Below are positions 21,401 to 30,431 of a stretch of DNA of 64,000 bases, piece by piece. The DNA is taken from the NCBI GenBank assembly GCA_965216875.1, contig OZ244207.1, positions 736,001 through 800,000 of the forward strand, read 5' to 3'. Below the pieces are notes generated by a model. It was not told the DNA's origin. It saw only the letters and a program-made list of their open reading frames with translations, and did not search any database. Positions within the stretch are counted from its first letter, which is position 1. Each line of letters starts with the position of its first letter. The translations under genes were made by a program, and so were the position numbers. The stretch comes from Rubripirellula sp. (lineage in GTDB: Bacteria; Planctomycetota; Planctomycetia; Pirellulales; Pirellulaceae).

Positions 21401-24400
21401 GCCGACGGCGTGCCCGATCCAACGTTTGGCGCCCGCGGCGGACGCAATTTCTCAGGGCTCGATTTCGTTGATGGTGGTCGCGCGGTGATGCGTGCAGAGG
21501 GCGGCGGGTTGCTTGTTGCCACGCTCAATGGGGGCGTTGTCAAACTCATCGAAACGACGGTTTGCCCAGCTGCTGGTTGCGTTCAGTTCACGACGCTTGA
21601 TGCGTCGGAAACGGAATTCGACCAAACGGTTGAACTGCGTGTCGCACGCCCGATCGATGCAAGCGAAGGCGAGGTGACCGTTCAGTTCTTTACGATCGAT
21701 GGAACGGCGACTGCAGGAACTGACTACGTTGCCACGACGGGAACGATCACCTTTGGCGATACCGAGGCGACGCAGGTCATTCGCGTCCCCATTCTTGGTG
21801 ATTCGATTCGCGAAGGTGACGAGACCTTCTTTGTTGTGCTCGCGGCACCGACCGGCGGTGCGGTGCTGGGAGCTCAGTTTGTCGTGCCTGTCGCCATCCT
21901 GGACAACGAATTCTCCGCCGCCGACAACCTGCCCAACCTTTCGATCTTTGGCGGGTTCTTTGCCGAAGACTCGGGCGAGATCAATGTCCGCCTTTCCTTC
22001 GACAGCACGCGTTCCCAGCCGATCGTGGTTGACTACACGACCGTCCCTGTCGGAACGGCGACTCCCGGCGTCGACTACATTCCCTCGTCCGGAACGATCA
22101 CGATTAATCCGAACGACAGCTCGGCATTCGTGCCGGTTCCTGTTGTCTTGGACGATGAAATCGAACCTGATGAGACGTTCCAAATCGTGTTGTCCGGCGT
22201 CACGGGAGCAAACCTGACACGCGCGACGGGGACGGTCACGATCGCTGATGTTGTTTCGACCGATTGCGAAGGGGGACCTGGTACGCCGCATCCTGCGTTT
22301 GGCGAGGATGGCGTTGGTCGTTTTGATCCTGACCCGTCAACGACCGGCGATGTAGGTCCGATCGATACCTTCCTTGCCGACGATGGACGCATTGTTCAAA
22401 TCGGTTCCTTGCTTGATTCGGATAGCGGGATTTCGGTTGTGCGTTACAACGCAAACGGGACTCCCGATGCTTCGTTCGGTACCGCGGGCGTTGTCCGGAT
22501 TCCGACAGTGCAAAATGGCGGCGTGCTACCTGATCCTTCGATCGAAGATGGGTCCGAGTTCGCGGAAGCTGTGCGAATGTTGGCCGATGGAAGTGTGCTC
22601 GTCTTCGGACGTGCATTCCAAGACAGCTTGTTCAATCTTTTTGTGCTGAAGTTGCGTCCCAACGGAACGCTTGATCCAACCTTCGGCACAGGCGGGATTC
22701 AATTCACTCCGTTGGTGAACTTGCAAGTCGATTTCACGTCAGGGACGGTTGCGCCTGATGGTTCGGTTTACCTTGTCGGTTCGGCCGGCGTCCAATGGGA
22801 ATCGACCGATGCGAACACCTATTCGAGTGTTGTTCCAGTTGGGTTCTTTAACCCCGTTGGTTTCCGCACGCAGTATCGTTCTTCGGTCATGATGTTGCGG
22901 TTGGATGGCCAGGGGCAACTTGACACGACATTCGGCATCGACGGCAGTGTCGTGTTTGGTGGCGCGTCGGGTATCGAATCGATCGAGTTTGACTCGCAAG
23001 GCCGACCGCTTGTCTTGATCAATGGTTTTGCCGCTGAGTCATCTTCGTTCGACAAATCGTTGATCCGGTTGACCTCCGCCGGCGCGATCGACACGCAATT
23101 CTCTGATCGTCCGTTTGTTCCCGAAGTCCCATTCCCGTCCGATGTGCAAATCCCACCTGGCGCGACCGAAGAACACTTGTTTAACGATGCGAGCATCGAC
23201 GACTTTACAGTCGCGCCCAATGGAGACTTGATCTTCTTCGGAGGGCTTTCGCAAACGGTGGTCTCGCCTGACGATGATTCGGTGATCTTTAGCGACTTCA
23301 GCGATTATCTCTTCCGCGTTACAACCGATTTGCAGCCGGTGACCAGTTTTGCGGACCAAGGTGTATCGAGGTTTGATACGTTCGACTTCAACCTCTTTGT
23401 TGATGACATTGCCGCGCAGCCCGATGGTCGTGTGCTCTTGATGGGGCAAGCCTTTGGCCAACTCGGGACGATCCGAACGCACCCCAGTGGTTTCATCGAT
23501 CAAGGCTTCGGCGGTACCGGTTTGCAACGCGTCCCGGGAACCTTTCCCAATTTTGGTTCGGTCGACATTCTTAGAGCCGCCAACGACCAGACGCTTGTAG
23601 CGTTTGGCGATGGTTCCAGCTTTGCAGTCGCGAGCCTTTCGTCGGGGCCAGCATCGGGTGTGATCCGGTTGGAACGTTCGACGACAAGCGTTGCGGAAGA
23701 TGGTCAATCGCTTGAAATGCTGGTGCGACGTGTCTGCGGCGTCGATGGACCCGTTTCGGTTCAAGTCGCAACGGCCAACGGTACCGCTTTGGCGGGTGCC
23801 GACTACACGGCCCTAAGCCAAACCGTCAACTTTGCTGATGGTGAGTTCGTTCAGACGATCACGATTCCAATCATCGATGACCAAACCTTTGATGGCGATC
23901 TCGATTTCACCGTCAACCTGTCTTCGCCAACAGGTGGAGCGACGATCGAGACGGTGATCACGACGACGGTGACCATCATTGACGACGAGCAACCTGGGCG
24001 CCTGCAATTTGCTGGTGGACCCGTCACGGTGTCCGAAACCGATGGTACAGCGACCGTTACCATTGAACGTATCGACGGTGATGGCGGCGAGGTAAGCGTG
24101 TTGGTCACACCCACCGGGAATGCGACCAACGGCGAGGACTACAATTTCCCGGTAACCACGGTCACCTTTGCCAACGGCGTCACTTCTCAAGACGTCGTGA
24201 TTCCAATTGTTGACGATGCTTTGGTCGAACCGGACGCTGAAGTGATTCGACTGGCGCTGTCGAATCCCGGCGGTGGTGCTGAGCTCGGTTTCCTGACGAC
24301 GACAACGGTTGAGATACTTGACGACGATGTGTTGGTGACACCGCCGCAAGGCACGTTCTCGATCTCAGCCACGTCAAGCAATGTCGAGGAGTTTGCTGGC

Positions 24401-27106
24401 TTTGTGACTTACACCATCACCCGCACAAACGGATCGCAAGGCGAAGTCACGGTCAACTATTCGGCGATTGGCGAAACCGCGACCAATAACCGCGACTTCC
24501 AAGGTGGTTCAGGTTCGATCTTGTTGGTCGAAGGGCAAACGGAACGGTCGTTTGTGATTCCGATTTTGGATGATGCGGAAATCGAAGGCGATGAAACCTT
24601 TGTCGTGAGCTTGACGTCGCTGAGCGGCGGCCGCATCGACACCAATTCGAGTTCGGTGACAACAACCATCATCGATGACGACATCGAGAACGTGCTGCTT
24701 GATTTTGGAGATGCACCCGAGACGTTCGGCACCACGCTCGCCGCTGACGGGCCGAGTCACGGCATCGGAACGTTCCTCAGTCTCGGTGAAAACGTCGATT
24801 CCGAGGATGATGGTCTACCGAGTGTCAACGCCGATGGCGATACCAACGACGATGGCGTGACGGGACTCGCAGAGGGGATCACCGCCGGAGCGTCGGCAAC
24901 GATTCAAGTCAATGTGCAGATGGCAAACAACGCACCGACCGCATTGCTGCAGGGGTGGATCGACTTCAGCGGCGACGGTGTCTTTAGTGAAGACGAACGG
25001 GTGATCAGCAACGCCGCCTACACGAATGACGAAACAAGGGCATTCGACATTGTGGTTCCGGCAGGCGCCGTGACTGGGCAATCGTACGCTCGTTTCCGCG
25101 TCAGCACACTCGCGAGTCTCTTCCCGACCGGCAATGCGCCCGACGGCGAAGTCGAGGACTACGTCGTCACCATCAACGAAAGCACCGGGCAGAACACTCC
25201 ACCCATCGTTGATGCTGGCGGACCCTACCAGGTCAACGAGGGCAGCGACCTGGTGCTGACCGCGACCGGTACCGATGCGCAAGATGGATCCAATCTCACA
25301 TACGAGTGGGATTTGGATTTTGTCAGCGGATCCTTCGCAGCGGATCGCACAGGACGCGTGATCACTCTGTCGCAAGTTCTTGATCCGCCGTCGAGTCTCA
25401 ATGTTGCTGTTCGAGCCACGGATAGTGGTGGTTTGACCGACATCGACGAAGCGACGATCACGATCATCAATCTTGCACCCGTTATCAATGCGGATGCAAG
25501 CGAAGTGGTTGCTCCGCCGAACACTCAAACTTCCGCAATGGGCAGCTTCTCCGACCCCGGTAACGATCCGGTCTCTCTGTCCGCATCGGTCGGAACCGTC
25601 ACAGGATCGGGTGGACGCTACACGTGGACGGGGCCGAGCAACGCCGGGCTGGTCACGATCACGGCAACCGATGACGATTTGGCGACAGCGACGACATCGT
25701 TCACGGTTCGCGAGTCGGCCGCGAACACGCCACCCAGCGTTGACGCTGGCGGCCCCTACACGGTCAACGAAGGGGAAACGCTTTCACTTTCCGCTACCGG
25801 AAGTGACGCCGAAGATGGAAACTCGCTCACCTATCAGTGGGACTTATCTTTCGATGGAACGTTCAACGTCGACGCGACGGGTCAAAACGTTTCGATCAAT
25901 CGTGTGCTCGATCCACCGTCAACCTTTACCGTCGCCGTGCGAGCAACCGATAGCGGCGGATTGGCTGCAACGGACACCGCAGCCGTGACGGTTGTCAATC
26001 TGCCACCGAACATCATGGCAGACTCGGCCACCGTCATTGTTCAGCCCGGATCGACCGCGACTGCCATGGGCAGTTTTTCCGATCCAGGTGATGATCCCGT
26101 CACCCTATCGGCTTCCGTAGGGTCAGTAACCGGAAACGCAGCGCGGTACACGTGGACGGGGCCAAGTACCGCTGGAACCGTGACGATCACGGCAACCGAC
26201 GATGACAACGCATCCGCCACAACAACGTTTACGGTTCAAGAAGCGGTGAACAATCCGCCCACGGTCGAAGCGGGCGGACCCTACGCGGTTGACGAAGGCG
26301 GTTCGGTACAGCTCGTCGCTCAAGGCATGGACGTTGAAACCGACGTTGCCAACTTGCTCTACGCATGGGACTTGGACGGCGACGGAGCATTCGACGATGC
26401 CAACAGTCGCGTTGTCACACTTCAAAACGTTCAAGATCCACCGACAAGTTTCCAGGTTGCCGTACGCGTGACCGACAGCGGCAATGCATCGGCAACCGAC
26501 ACGGCTACGGTCACGGTCAATAACTTGCCGCCAACCATTCGAGCCGATCGAGCGTTCTTGGTTGCAACCGAAGGAACGCAGGTCACGGCAGCCGGCAGCT
26601 TCTCCGACCCAGGAGATGATCCTCTTCAGTTGGATGCATCGATCGGAACGGTCACCGGCAACAACGGACGTTATCGTTGGACGGGGCCAAGCGACGCTGG
26701 GTCGGTCACCATCACTGTGACCGACGACAATGGAGCGACCGACAGCACGACGTTCACGATTCGAGAGATTCCGGTGGGCGGGGGTTCGGTGCCGTGGCTA
26801 CCCGGTGTCGATCCACTCGCTGCGAGGACGGATGTCAATCGTGACGGACGAACTTCCGCACTTGATGCTTTGATGGTGATCAACTTCCTTGGCATCCGTC
26901 GCAGTGTCGAAGGTGACGCGGCAAGCGGCAACGTCGATGTATCCTCCTATGACGTCAACAATGACGGCCGCGTGAGTGCCCGCGATGCACTGGCGGTCAT
27001 CAATCGCATCAGTCTGCACCAAACGGTTGCCGAGAGCGAAGAGATCGACCGGGTCTTGGGGGATGTCGAGACGTGGGTCGATGAGCGCGAAGGGAGTCTG
27101 TTCTGA
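15437..27106 (+). CDS. Giant extracellular protein B (~3880 aa), colinear paralog of A with one extra N-terminal propeller block
   Basis: ELLEARLLLA leader; same domain order and many identical peptides as 4831-15237. Start may be ATG at 15473. Confidence 0.92.
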   Translation: MVLDRRNAWVVVMIGSRRQRAGSSTRRNKRNRFRGELLEARLLLAAGDPDLGFASDGAASVQVESGQHQLKPVVVAQSPGDRTVVVYETRSGLNTVSSRTTIVARYNADGTPDPTFADIGSREVIGRNGNGEDEVVVDAVVDDLGNIYVLGEIEDPRDDPSDVSITKFAPDGTLSRDLTPGSESIFSGSFYDFSTDDNTVVDRPKAIGLDSEDRLYVASESGQGSVVARILPNGTVDPTYGVDGIVSVDPNPGQAFSISDLAVDGDGTVVVIGEVAGQPLATRLLADGSVDNGFGVSGTRTIALPGGASSPPKLHVDSAGRLLIGATTGDDFAATRLSASGAIDAGFGSSGTAVIDAGGTDLLVAITTDAAGRVVLGGNTASAGEQNVAIARLTPSGSADATVGIGGVVVRDLGEADDAFGDLVGRADGTLIAAVVAPSINGEHGDASLIGLDTSLQNDVSFGSGGTVDVALFGETDIVGVFSGQRYRTRALADDSVILIHPRGSIKVLSDGTPDPNYGDDGVAFHGIAIQFGRAIVRDDGSHIIAGSPNTFSGSYRFIAVDANGNLDASFGSGGVANDTVDQVFFTDVIEAADGGFIVLGNTSTSLPPAAQGMVITKYDASGQRDTSFGSGGQLIIQQPSDENYSGRTLLADPSGDFVITGTSDDGSTSGSRIIFASFTPTGQINSSFGNNGIINTATRVESVVSSVQIDDGGYIVSSLFGDITTIHRFNSIGLEDRTFGFNGSLSLNDPTINATDFRGEINVDGDGGILIPSNGRASFDVLRLTADGKIDPLFGDFGVASIPLAAEVSTKTLAEISFDSQGRIVSGAGVTLGALFSPRPTLFRFSNSATDCGVAGCIRFEEQLPVVSEGDGEAIVTLTREGGTTGNVSVRLRTLRERAVEALPGEDYTPVDTRVDFVDGQQTATVRIPIVSDDIDEAPDTILLEIDDAQGGALFENPQRARLTIERQGPNPVAFDSTFGDRGITDIDFAQNSPIVSDIVQQSDGKIVVVGSDGFGSGDFLTMRFNVDGSLDDTFSDDGIVRTDFQLERDLSRAVAMQSDGKIIVAGESQFAVDVGLAESRSTLIRLLPDGRIDRMFGSDGNGRVVNDDLELEAYTDVLVLPDDSMFVASEINRFEQGVGNIRAIVVQKLFADGSLDASFGNNGQVRIDDANASGTSSSGVDGKQLAVDPSGRLIVAGSFIELVGNSSISRPLVIAMSQSGVLDTSFGDQGLAIFREFGDVRSAATGMSVAENGQIYVAVNNDLTVLSVTPNGQLDTNFDGDGIASIEAFADAVDTVTDITITPNGRIWVSGVVETASIFGSVAVASFLPSGRPDPAIDGVGFKVYPRDSGIFESGAMTVLNGGEVLVAAATSVRPADAPSIDFVSLIKVAGGDGAGELNFEFGEVEVDENRGLIELQVLRTDGGQGQVSVTYATRNGAALAGDDYVQQTGELLFVDGQLSAGLTILLEDNAAIEGPENFFVDLSSPVGGATLGATDSVEVTIVDGPGTIQFASPVVAAAESQFTSSITLTRQGGSDGEVSVRVRSVGGSATVGADYVAVDQVVTFVDGQTEASFALGLIDDPITEGIETIDLELSQPAGGATIGSQGTTLVRLFDVEPFQATTAGALDLSFSGDGRARPVTTPPFDEIFTFASVNPIGMANRSGGSFVVADQFFRLTGVRDDGTVDNRFGTDGIANANVESLGVDSQRSEDFAVDSQGRFVVVGRRSLGFDADFVVARFLPSGELDDSFANNGLAVLDLGGDDRAFAVAIDGNDGIFVAGSTGGVFQRQIGVVHFNSSGDLNNSFGNAGIVKIDGQERFEEATAITVEPDGSVLVAGHEVRELQDVGGIAVSSADILLTRLSANGAIDTSYGTAGRAMPEFVDRTGNITDDDRVRKLIPLEGGKTLLIGSTDAEFLVARFNGDGTLDTSFGRGDGFVTGVLSPGGRGAQGLDFAFDAILGIDGSITVVGESRTAFGSEQLSVARLTADGVPDPTFGARGGRNFSGLDFVDGGRAVMRAEGGGLLVATLNGGVVKLIETTVCPAAGCVQFTTLDASETEFDQTVELRVARPIDASEGEVTVQFFTIDGTATAGTDYVATTGTITFGDTEATQVIRVPILGDSIREGDETFFVVLAAPTGGAVLGAQFVVPVAILDNEFSAADNLPNLSIFGGFFAEDSGEINVRLSFDSTRSQPIVVDYTTVPVGTATPGVDYIPSSGTITINPNDSSAFVPVPVVLDDEIEPDETFQIVLSGVTGANLTRATGTVTIADVVSTDCEGGPGTPHPAFGEDGVGRFDPDPSTTGDVGPIDTFLADDGRIVQIGSLLDSDSGISVVRYNANGTPDASFGTAGVVRIPTVQNGGVLPDPSIEDGSEFAEAVRMLADGSVLVFGRAFQDSLFNLFVLKLRPNGTLDPTFGTGGIQFTPLVNLQVDFTSGTVAPDGSVYLVGSAGVQWESTDANTYSSVVPVGFFNPVGFRTQYRSSVMMLRLDGQGQLDTTFGIDGSVVFGGASGIESIEFDSQGRPLVLINGFAAESSSFDKSLIRLTSAGAIDTQFSDRPFVPEVPFPSDVQIPPGATEEHLFNDASIDDFTVAPNGDLIFFGGLSQTVVSPDDDSVIFSDFSDYLFRVTTDLQPVTSFADQGVSRFDTFDFNLFVDDIAAQPDGRVLLMGQAFGQLGTIRTHPSGFIDQGFGGTGLQRVPGTFPNFGSVDILRAANDQTLVAFGDGSSFAVASLSSGPASGVIRLERSTTSVAEDGQSLEMLVRRVCGVDGPVSVQVATANGTALAGADYTALSQTVNFADGEFVQTITIPIIDDQTFDGDLDFTVNLSSPTGGATIETVITTTVTIIDDEQPGRLQFAGGPVTVSETDGTATVTIERIDGDGGEVSVLVTPTGNATNGEDYNFPVTTVTFANGVTSQDVVIPIVDDALVEPDAEVIRLALSNPGGGAELGFLTTTTVEILDDDVLVTPPQGTFSISATSSNVEEFAGFVTYTITRTNGSQGEVTVNYSAIGETATNNRDFQGGSGSILLVEGQTERSFVIPILDDAEIEGDETFVVSLTSLSGGRIDTNSSSVTTTIIDDDIENVLLDFGDAPETFGTTLAADGPSHGIGTFLSLGENVDSEDDGLPSVNADGDTNDDGVTGLAEGITAGASATIQVNVQMANNAPTALLQGWIDFSGDGVFSEDERVISNAAYTNDETRAFDIVVPAGAVTGQSYARFRVSTLASLFPTGNAPDGEVEDYVVTINESTGQNTPPIVDAGGPYQVNEGSDLVLTATGTDAQDGSNLTYEWDLDFVSGSFAADRTGRVITLSQVLDPPSSLNVAVRATDSGGLTDIDEATITIINLAPVINADASEVVAPPNTQTSAMGSFSDPGNDPVSLSASVGTVTGSGGRYTWTGPSNAGLVTITATDDDLATATTSFTVRESAANTPPSVDAGGPYTVNEGETLSLSATGSDAEDGNSLTYQWDLSFDGTFNVDATGQNVSINRVLDPPSTFTVAVRATDSGGLAATDTAAVTVVNLPPNIMADSATVIVQPGSTATAMGSFSDPGDDPVTLSASVGSVTGNAARYTWTGPSTAGTVTITATDDDNASATTTFTVQEAVNNPPTVEAGGPYAVDEGGSVQLVAQGMDVETDVANLLYAWDLDGDGAFDDANSRVVTLQNVQDPPTSFQVAVRVTDSGNASATDTATVTVNNLPPTIRADRAFLVATEGTQVTAAGSFSDPGDDPLQLDASIGTVTGNNGRYRWTGPSDAGSVTITVTDDNGATDSTTFTIREIPVGGGSVPWLPGVDPLAARTDVNRDGRTSALDALMVINFLGIRRSVEGDAASGNVDVSSYDVNNDGRVSARDALAVINRISLHQTVAESEEIDRVLGDVETWVDEREGSLF

Positions 27107-27130
27107 TCGCCCGCGTCTGCTTGAGAGGCA

Positions 27131-28444
27131 TCACTCGTGACGCAGGGCGTCGATCGGGTTCATCAACGCAGCACGCCGCGCTGGGTAGACGCCGAATAGC
27201 AACCCCACGCCAAGCGAAATGAACAACGACAACGCGATCGACCACGGCGCGATTCGCGGCTCGAGGCTCATCACAACCGGCGGCAACATGTCGGGCGACA
27301 TCGAAACGATCGCCCAGCGGACCACGCGGAAGATGGGCCCGCACATCAGGCCGAATGCAACGCCTAGCAGCCCGCCGCTGCCGGTCAGGACAACGGTTTC
27401 GGTGAGAAACTGTTGGATGATATCGCCACGTTTGGCGCCAAGCGCCCGGCGAATTCCGATTTCGCGAGTTCGTTCCGTCACGGTCGCAAGCATGATGTTC
27501 ATGATCCCGATGCCGCCGACCAACAACGAGATCCCGGCGATTACCACGAGCAGGACGTTGAACATCGCGCGAGTGCGTTCGGCTTGCCGGAGCAATTCTT
27601 TGGGCACGACGACAGCATAGTCTTCTTCTTCGTGATATCGGTCGAGCAATGCTTCGACAATCGCAGCCGTTTCGTCAACCTCTTCGATGCTGCCGACAGT
27701 GATCGTGATTTGAGTCAGCTCGACGATTTCGCCCTTGAAATTGAATCCGCGGCCTTCGCCAATGCGGTTCATGATTTGATCGCCAACACGCAGTTGAAAC
27801 GTTTTGAGCGGGATGTAGGCATCAAAGCTGTATTCGCGCGCTTCGAGGCTGCCGCCGATCGCCGCCGATGCTTCGCGTGGCTTCGTCTGACCGATCACGG
27901 TGTAAACGTCACTCTTCACATCGATCCGTTGTCCGATCGGATCATCGAATGGAAACAAGCGTTTGGCGGTTTGGTCGGCCAAGACGATCACGTTCTTGCC
28001 GTCGTCTCGCGCGTTCATCCAGCGACCGCGTGCAATCTCCAGACGATTGAGTTCCAAGTGGTCCTCGGTACAGCCAATCAACGTGACATCGGCTGTGCGA
28101 CCGCCCACCATGAATTCGCGTTTGAGCTCGCGAATGGGAACGGCGCGAACGACGGTTGGAATGTTCGACACAATGCGGCGATAGTCCGCCCGGAGGAGAC
28201 CGTACTTTTTGACCCGTTCATCATCTGACGTTTGCGGTTCAATGCTCCGCACGATGATGTTGGTCGCGCCCAGTTCCATGATTTGTTGCTGAGCGTCATA
28301 GCTGACCCCTTCGCCCATCGCGACCAGCCAAATCACCGTCGTCGTGCCGATGAAAATGCCGAGCGCAGCCAGGGCGGACCGCATCTTTTGAAGCGAGAGA
28401 CTCTTGAGGCCAAGTTGGAGCGTGCGTACGATCGAGCTGCTCAT
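27131..28444 (-). CDS. MacB/FtsX-family ABC transporter permease (no fused ATPase)
   Basis: LGIFIGTTTVI TM1, large periplasmic domain, GGIGIMNIMLATVTERTREIGIRRALGA, PARRAALMNPIDALRHE. Confidence 0.95.
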   Translation of the reverse strand: MSSSIVRTLQLGLKSLSLQKMRSALAALGIFIGTTTVIWLVAMGEGVSYDAQQQIMELGATNIIVRSIEPQTSDDERVKKYGLLRADYRRIVSNIPTVVRAVPIRELKREFMVGGRTADVTLIGCTEDHLELNRLEIARGRWMNARDDGKNVIVLADQTAKRLFPFDDPIGQRIDVKSDVYTVIGQTKPREASAAIGGSLEAREYSFDAYIPLKTFQLRVGDQIMNRIGEGRGFNFKGEIVELTQITITVGSIEEVDETAAIVEALLDRYHEEEDYAVVVPKELLRQAERTRAMFNVLLVVIAGISLLVGGIGIMNIMLATVTERTREIGIRRALGAKRGDIIQQFLTETVVLTGSGGLLGVAFGLMCGPIFRVVRWAIVSMSPDMLPPVVMSLEPRIAPWSIALSLFISLGVGLLFGVYPARRAALMNPIDALRHE

Positions 28445-30117
28445 CCGCCGGTCGCCGCCTTGATCTTGGCATCAATTTCACCGGCATCGACTTTACCGTC
28501 GCCGTTCGTATCAACCTCTGGGAAACTGGATCGGTCTTTCTCGGAGAACTCGTCCTCGGTAAGCACGCCGTCCTTGTTTTTGTCTGCCATGGCGATGACT
28601 TGAGCACCCGTGATCTTTGCAGTGGCCGAGTTCCCTTTCTTGCTTGACTTCTTTTCAGAGGCGGCGGCTTCGTCGTCGCCGGTTCCTTTGGCGTCATCAG
28701 ATGCCTGTGTGCCGTCATCAGATGCCTGTGCGGCGGCGAGTTTCGATGGTTCTCCGGTCGACGACGGAACGGCCAGGCGAAGTGCGGCGCGCTGAGCGTC
28801 ATCGACGTAGGCCATCGGGTTAAGGATGACCTCTTCGTTTTCTTCCAGACCCGATTTGACGACAGCAAATTCATCATTGCTGCCACCGAGCGAGATTTGA
28901 CGTCGTTGGATCCCTGTCGCACTTTTCACCCAGCAGTAGTATTCCTTGTCGGTCTGCAGAATCGCGGCGACCGGAATCCGTACGACATCCTGGTGGTCTG
29001 CGAGAATGATGTCGACCACGGCGCTCATTCCCGGTTTGAGTCCGGGGCGTGGTTTGAGGCGAATGATCGTGTCGTACTTGACCATATTGCCTGTCCACCA
29101 GCCGGCGGGACGCGTCACTTCGGCGATCTCGGCAACCTCTCCATCAAGCACCAGGTCTTGAAGCTGCACTTGGGCTTTCATGCCGATGTAGAGCTGGTCA
29201 ACTTTCGATTCGTGCACGCCAACTTTGACCTGCATCTTCGAAACGTCAGGGATCATCAGCAGCGTTTGTTGTTCTCGTACGACAGCCCCTTCTTCGATGT
29301 CGGGCGTCTCTTTCCATTCGGCAGCCGATGGGAAAATCACCATGCCTTCCGTGTCGGCTCTGATGACACAATTGGTCAACTGCTCCTTGTCGCGGTCAAG
29401 GCGATCCTTTTCCAAAGAGAGCGATGCCTCTTCGGCCGCGTAACGCGCCTCTGCGGCTGCCAACGCACTCTCTAGCCCCTGCATCGTTTTTTTGCGTTTG
29501 TATTTGTCGAGCGTCGAAAGCTGTTGTTCCTTCAACTGCAATGCCTTTCGAGCCGACTCGACGGCGAACTGTTCGCTTTCGAGTTGCAGCGTTTTGAACG
29601 TCCCCTTTGAAGCCATCCGAACGGCCGAGTCGTACGTCAACTGGGCTTTCTTGACCAGTTGTGTGGCATCGAAGATCTCTTTTTCGATCGCCGCGCGTTC
29701 TTCTAGATAGGTGCCGTTGAGGTATTCCTCGATGTTGGTCTTGGCGACATCAACCTCGCTTTGCGCGATGATTTGGTTCGCAACCGCACGCTCATAGGCG
29801 ATCTGCTGGCGCGTGATGTTTTCTTCGATGATCGAGGTGTCGAGCTTGACCAATTCGTCGCCTGGCTTGACGATCGTTCCCGTTTCAATCACCCACAAGA
29901 CGGTGCTGCCCCCTTTGACAAAGCACTTGATCTCTTTGTTGTTCGAGCTTTCCAGCGTCCCGTTTTCGGTGACGACGACCGAAAGGTCGCCGCGCGACAC
30001 CGTGTGAGTCAGCGCTTCGGTTTCATCGCGCGTTGCCAACGAGCTTGAAAGGAAAGGCGCGAATGCAGCGAAGACTGCGACAATCCCGAGACCGAGGACG
30101 GTTCGTTTGATCCACAT
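28441..30117 (-). CDS. MacA/HlyD-type periplasmic adaptor (membrane fusion protein) with C-terminal EF-hand pair
   Basis: N-terminal TM, VSRGDL..VTENG, long coiled coil, IRADTEGMV, LKPGMSA, GLEENEEV; tail DKNKDGVLTEDE and DTNGDGKVDAGE; 4-nt overlap with the permease. Start taken as ATG 30117 (MWIKR). Confidence 0.9.
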   Translation of the reverse strand: MWIKRTVLGLGIVAVFAAFAPFLSSSLATRDETEALTHTVSRGDLSVVVTENGTLESSNNKEIKCFVKGGSTVLWVIETGTIVKPGDELVKLDTSIIEENITRQQIAYERAVANQIIAQSEVDVAKTNIEEYLNGTYLEERAAIEKEIFDATQLVKKAQLTYDSAVRMASKGTFKTLQLESEQFAVESARKALQLKEQQLSTLDKYKRKKTMQGLESALAAAEARYAAEEASLSLEKDRLDRDKEQLTNCVIRADTEGMVIFPSAAEWKETPDIEEGAVVREQQTLLMIPDVSKMQVKVGVHESKVDQLYIGMKAQVQLQDLVLDGEVAEIAEVTRPAGWWTGNMVKYDTIIRLKPRPGLKPGMSAVVDIILADHQDVVRIPVAAILQTDKEYYCWVKSATGIQRRQISLGGSNDEFAVVKSGLEENEEVILNPMAYVDDAQRAALRLAVPSSTGEPSKLAAAQASDDGTQASDDAKGTGDDEAAASEKKSSKKGNSATAKITGAQVIAMADKNKDGVLTEDEFSEKDRSSFPEVDTNGDGKVDAGEIDAKIKAATGG

Positions 30118-30431
30118 GATTGGGACAGATATGGAGATGTAAGTGGAGGGGGGCGGACAACTCAAGCGATCAAATGATCGTGCAAAGCAAGACCTTCTGG
30201 AGTTGCCACAGTTTTGTGCCTCGCCGGCAAGAGTGTCATCCGTCGGTGGTGATTGCGAGGCAAACGTTGGCCAGCAGGCCCTACCCTCTCCAGGTTAATC
30301 CATTGGTGGTAATTGTCCAAAGGGCTCGCCTGTCTCCTTCGGTCCCAATCACGCGGCGAGCGTATCTCGGAGGAAAAACTCTGTAACGCCGTGTAACCCG
30401 TGAGGCCGCAAAGACTGCCTGAATTACCAAT

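Noticed and set aside
5113..27022. Many long antisense and alternate-frame ORFs within the giant genes (e.g. 6841-8022, 9544-10758)
   Set aside because: These are shadow ORFs from GC-rich codon bias with no recognisable motifs.
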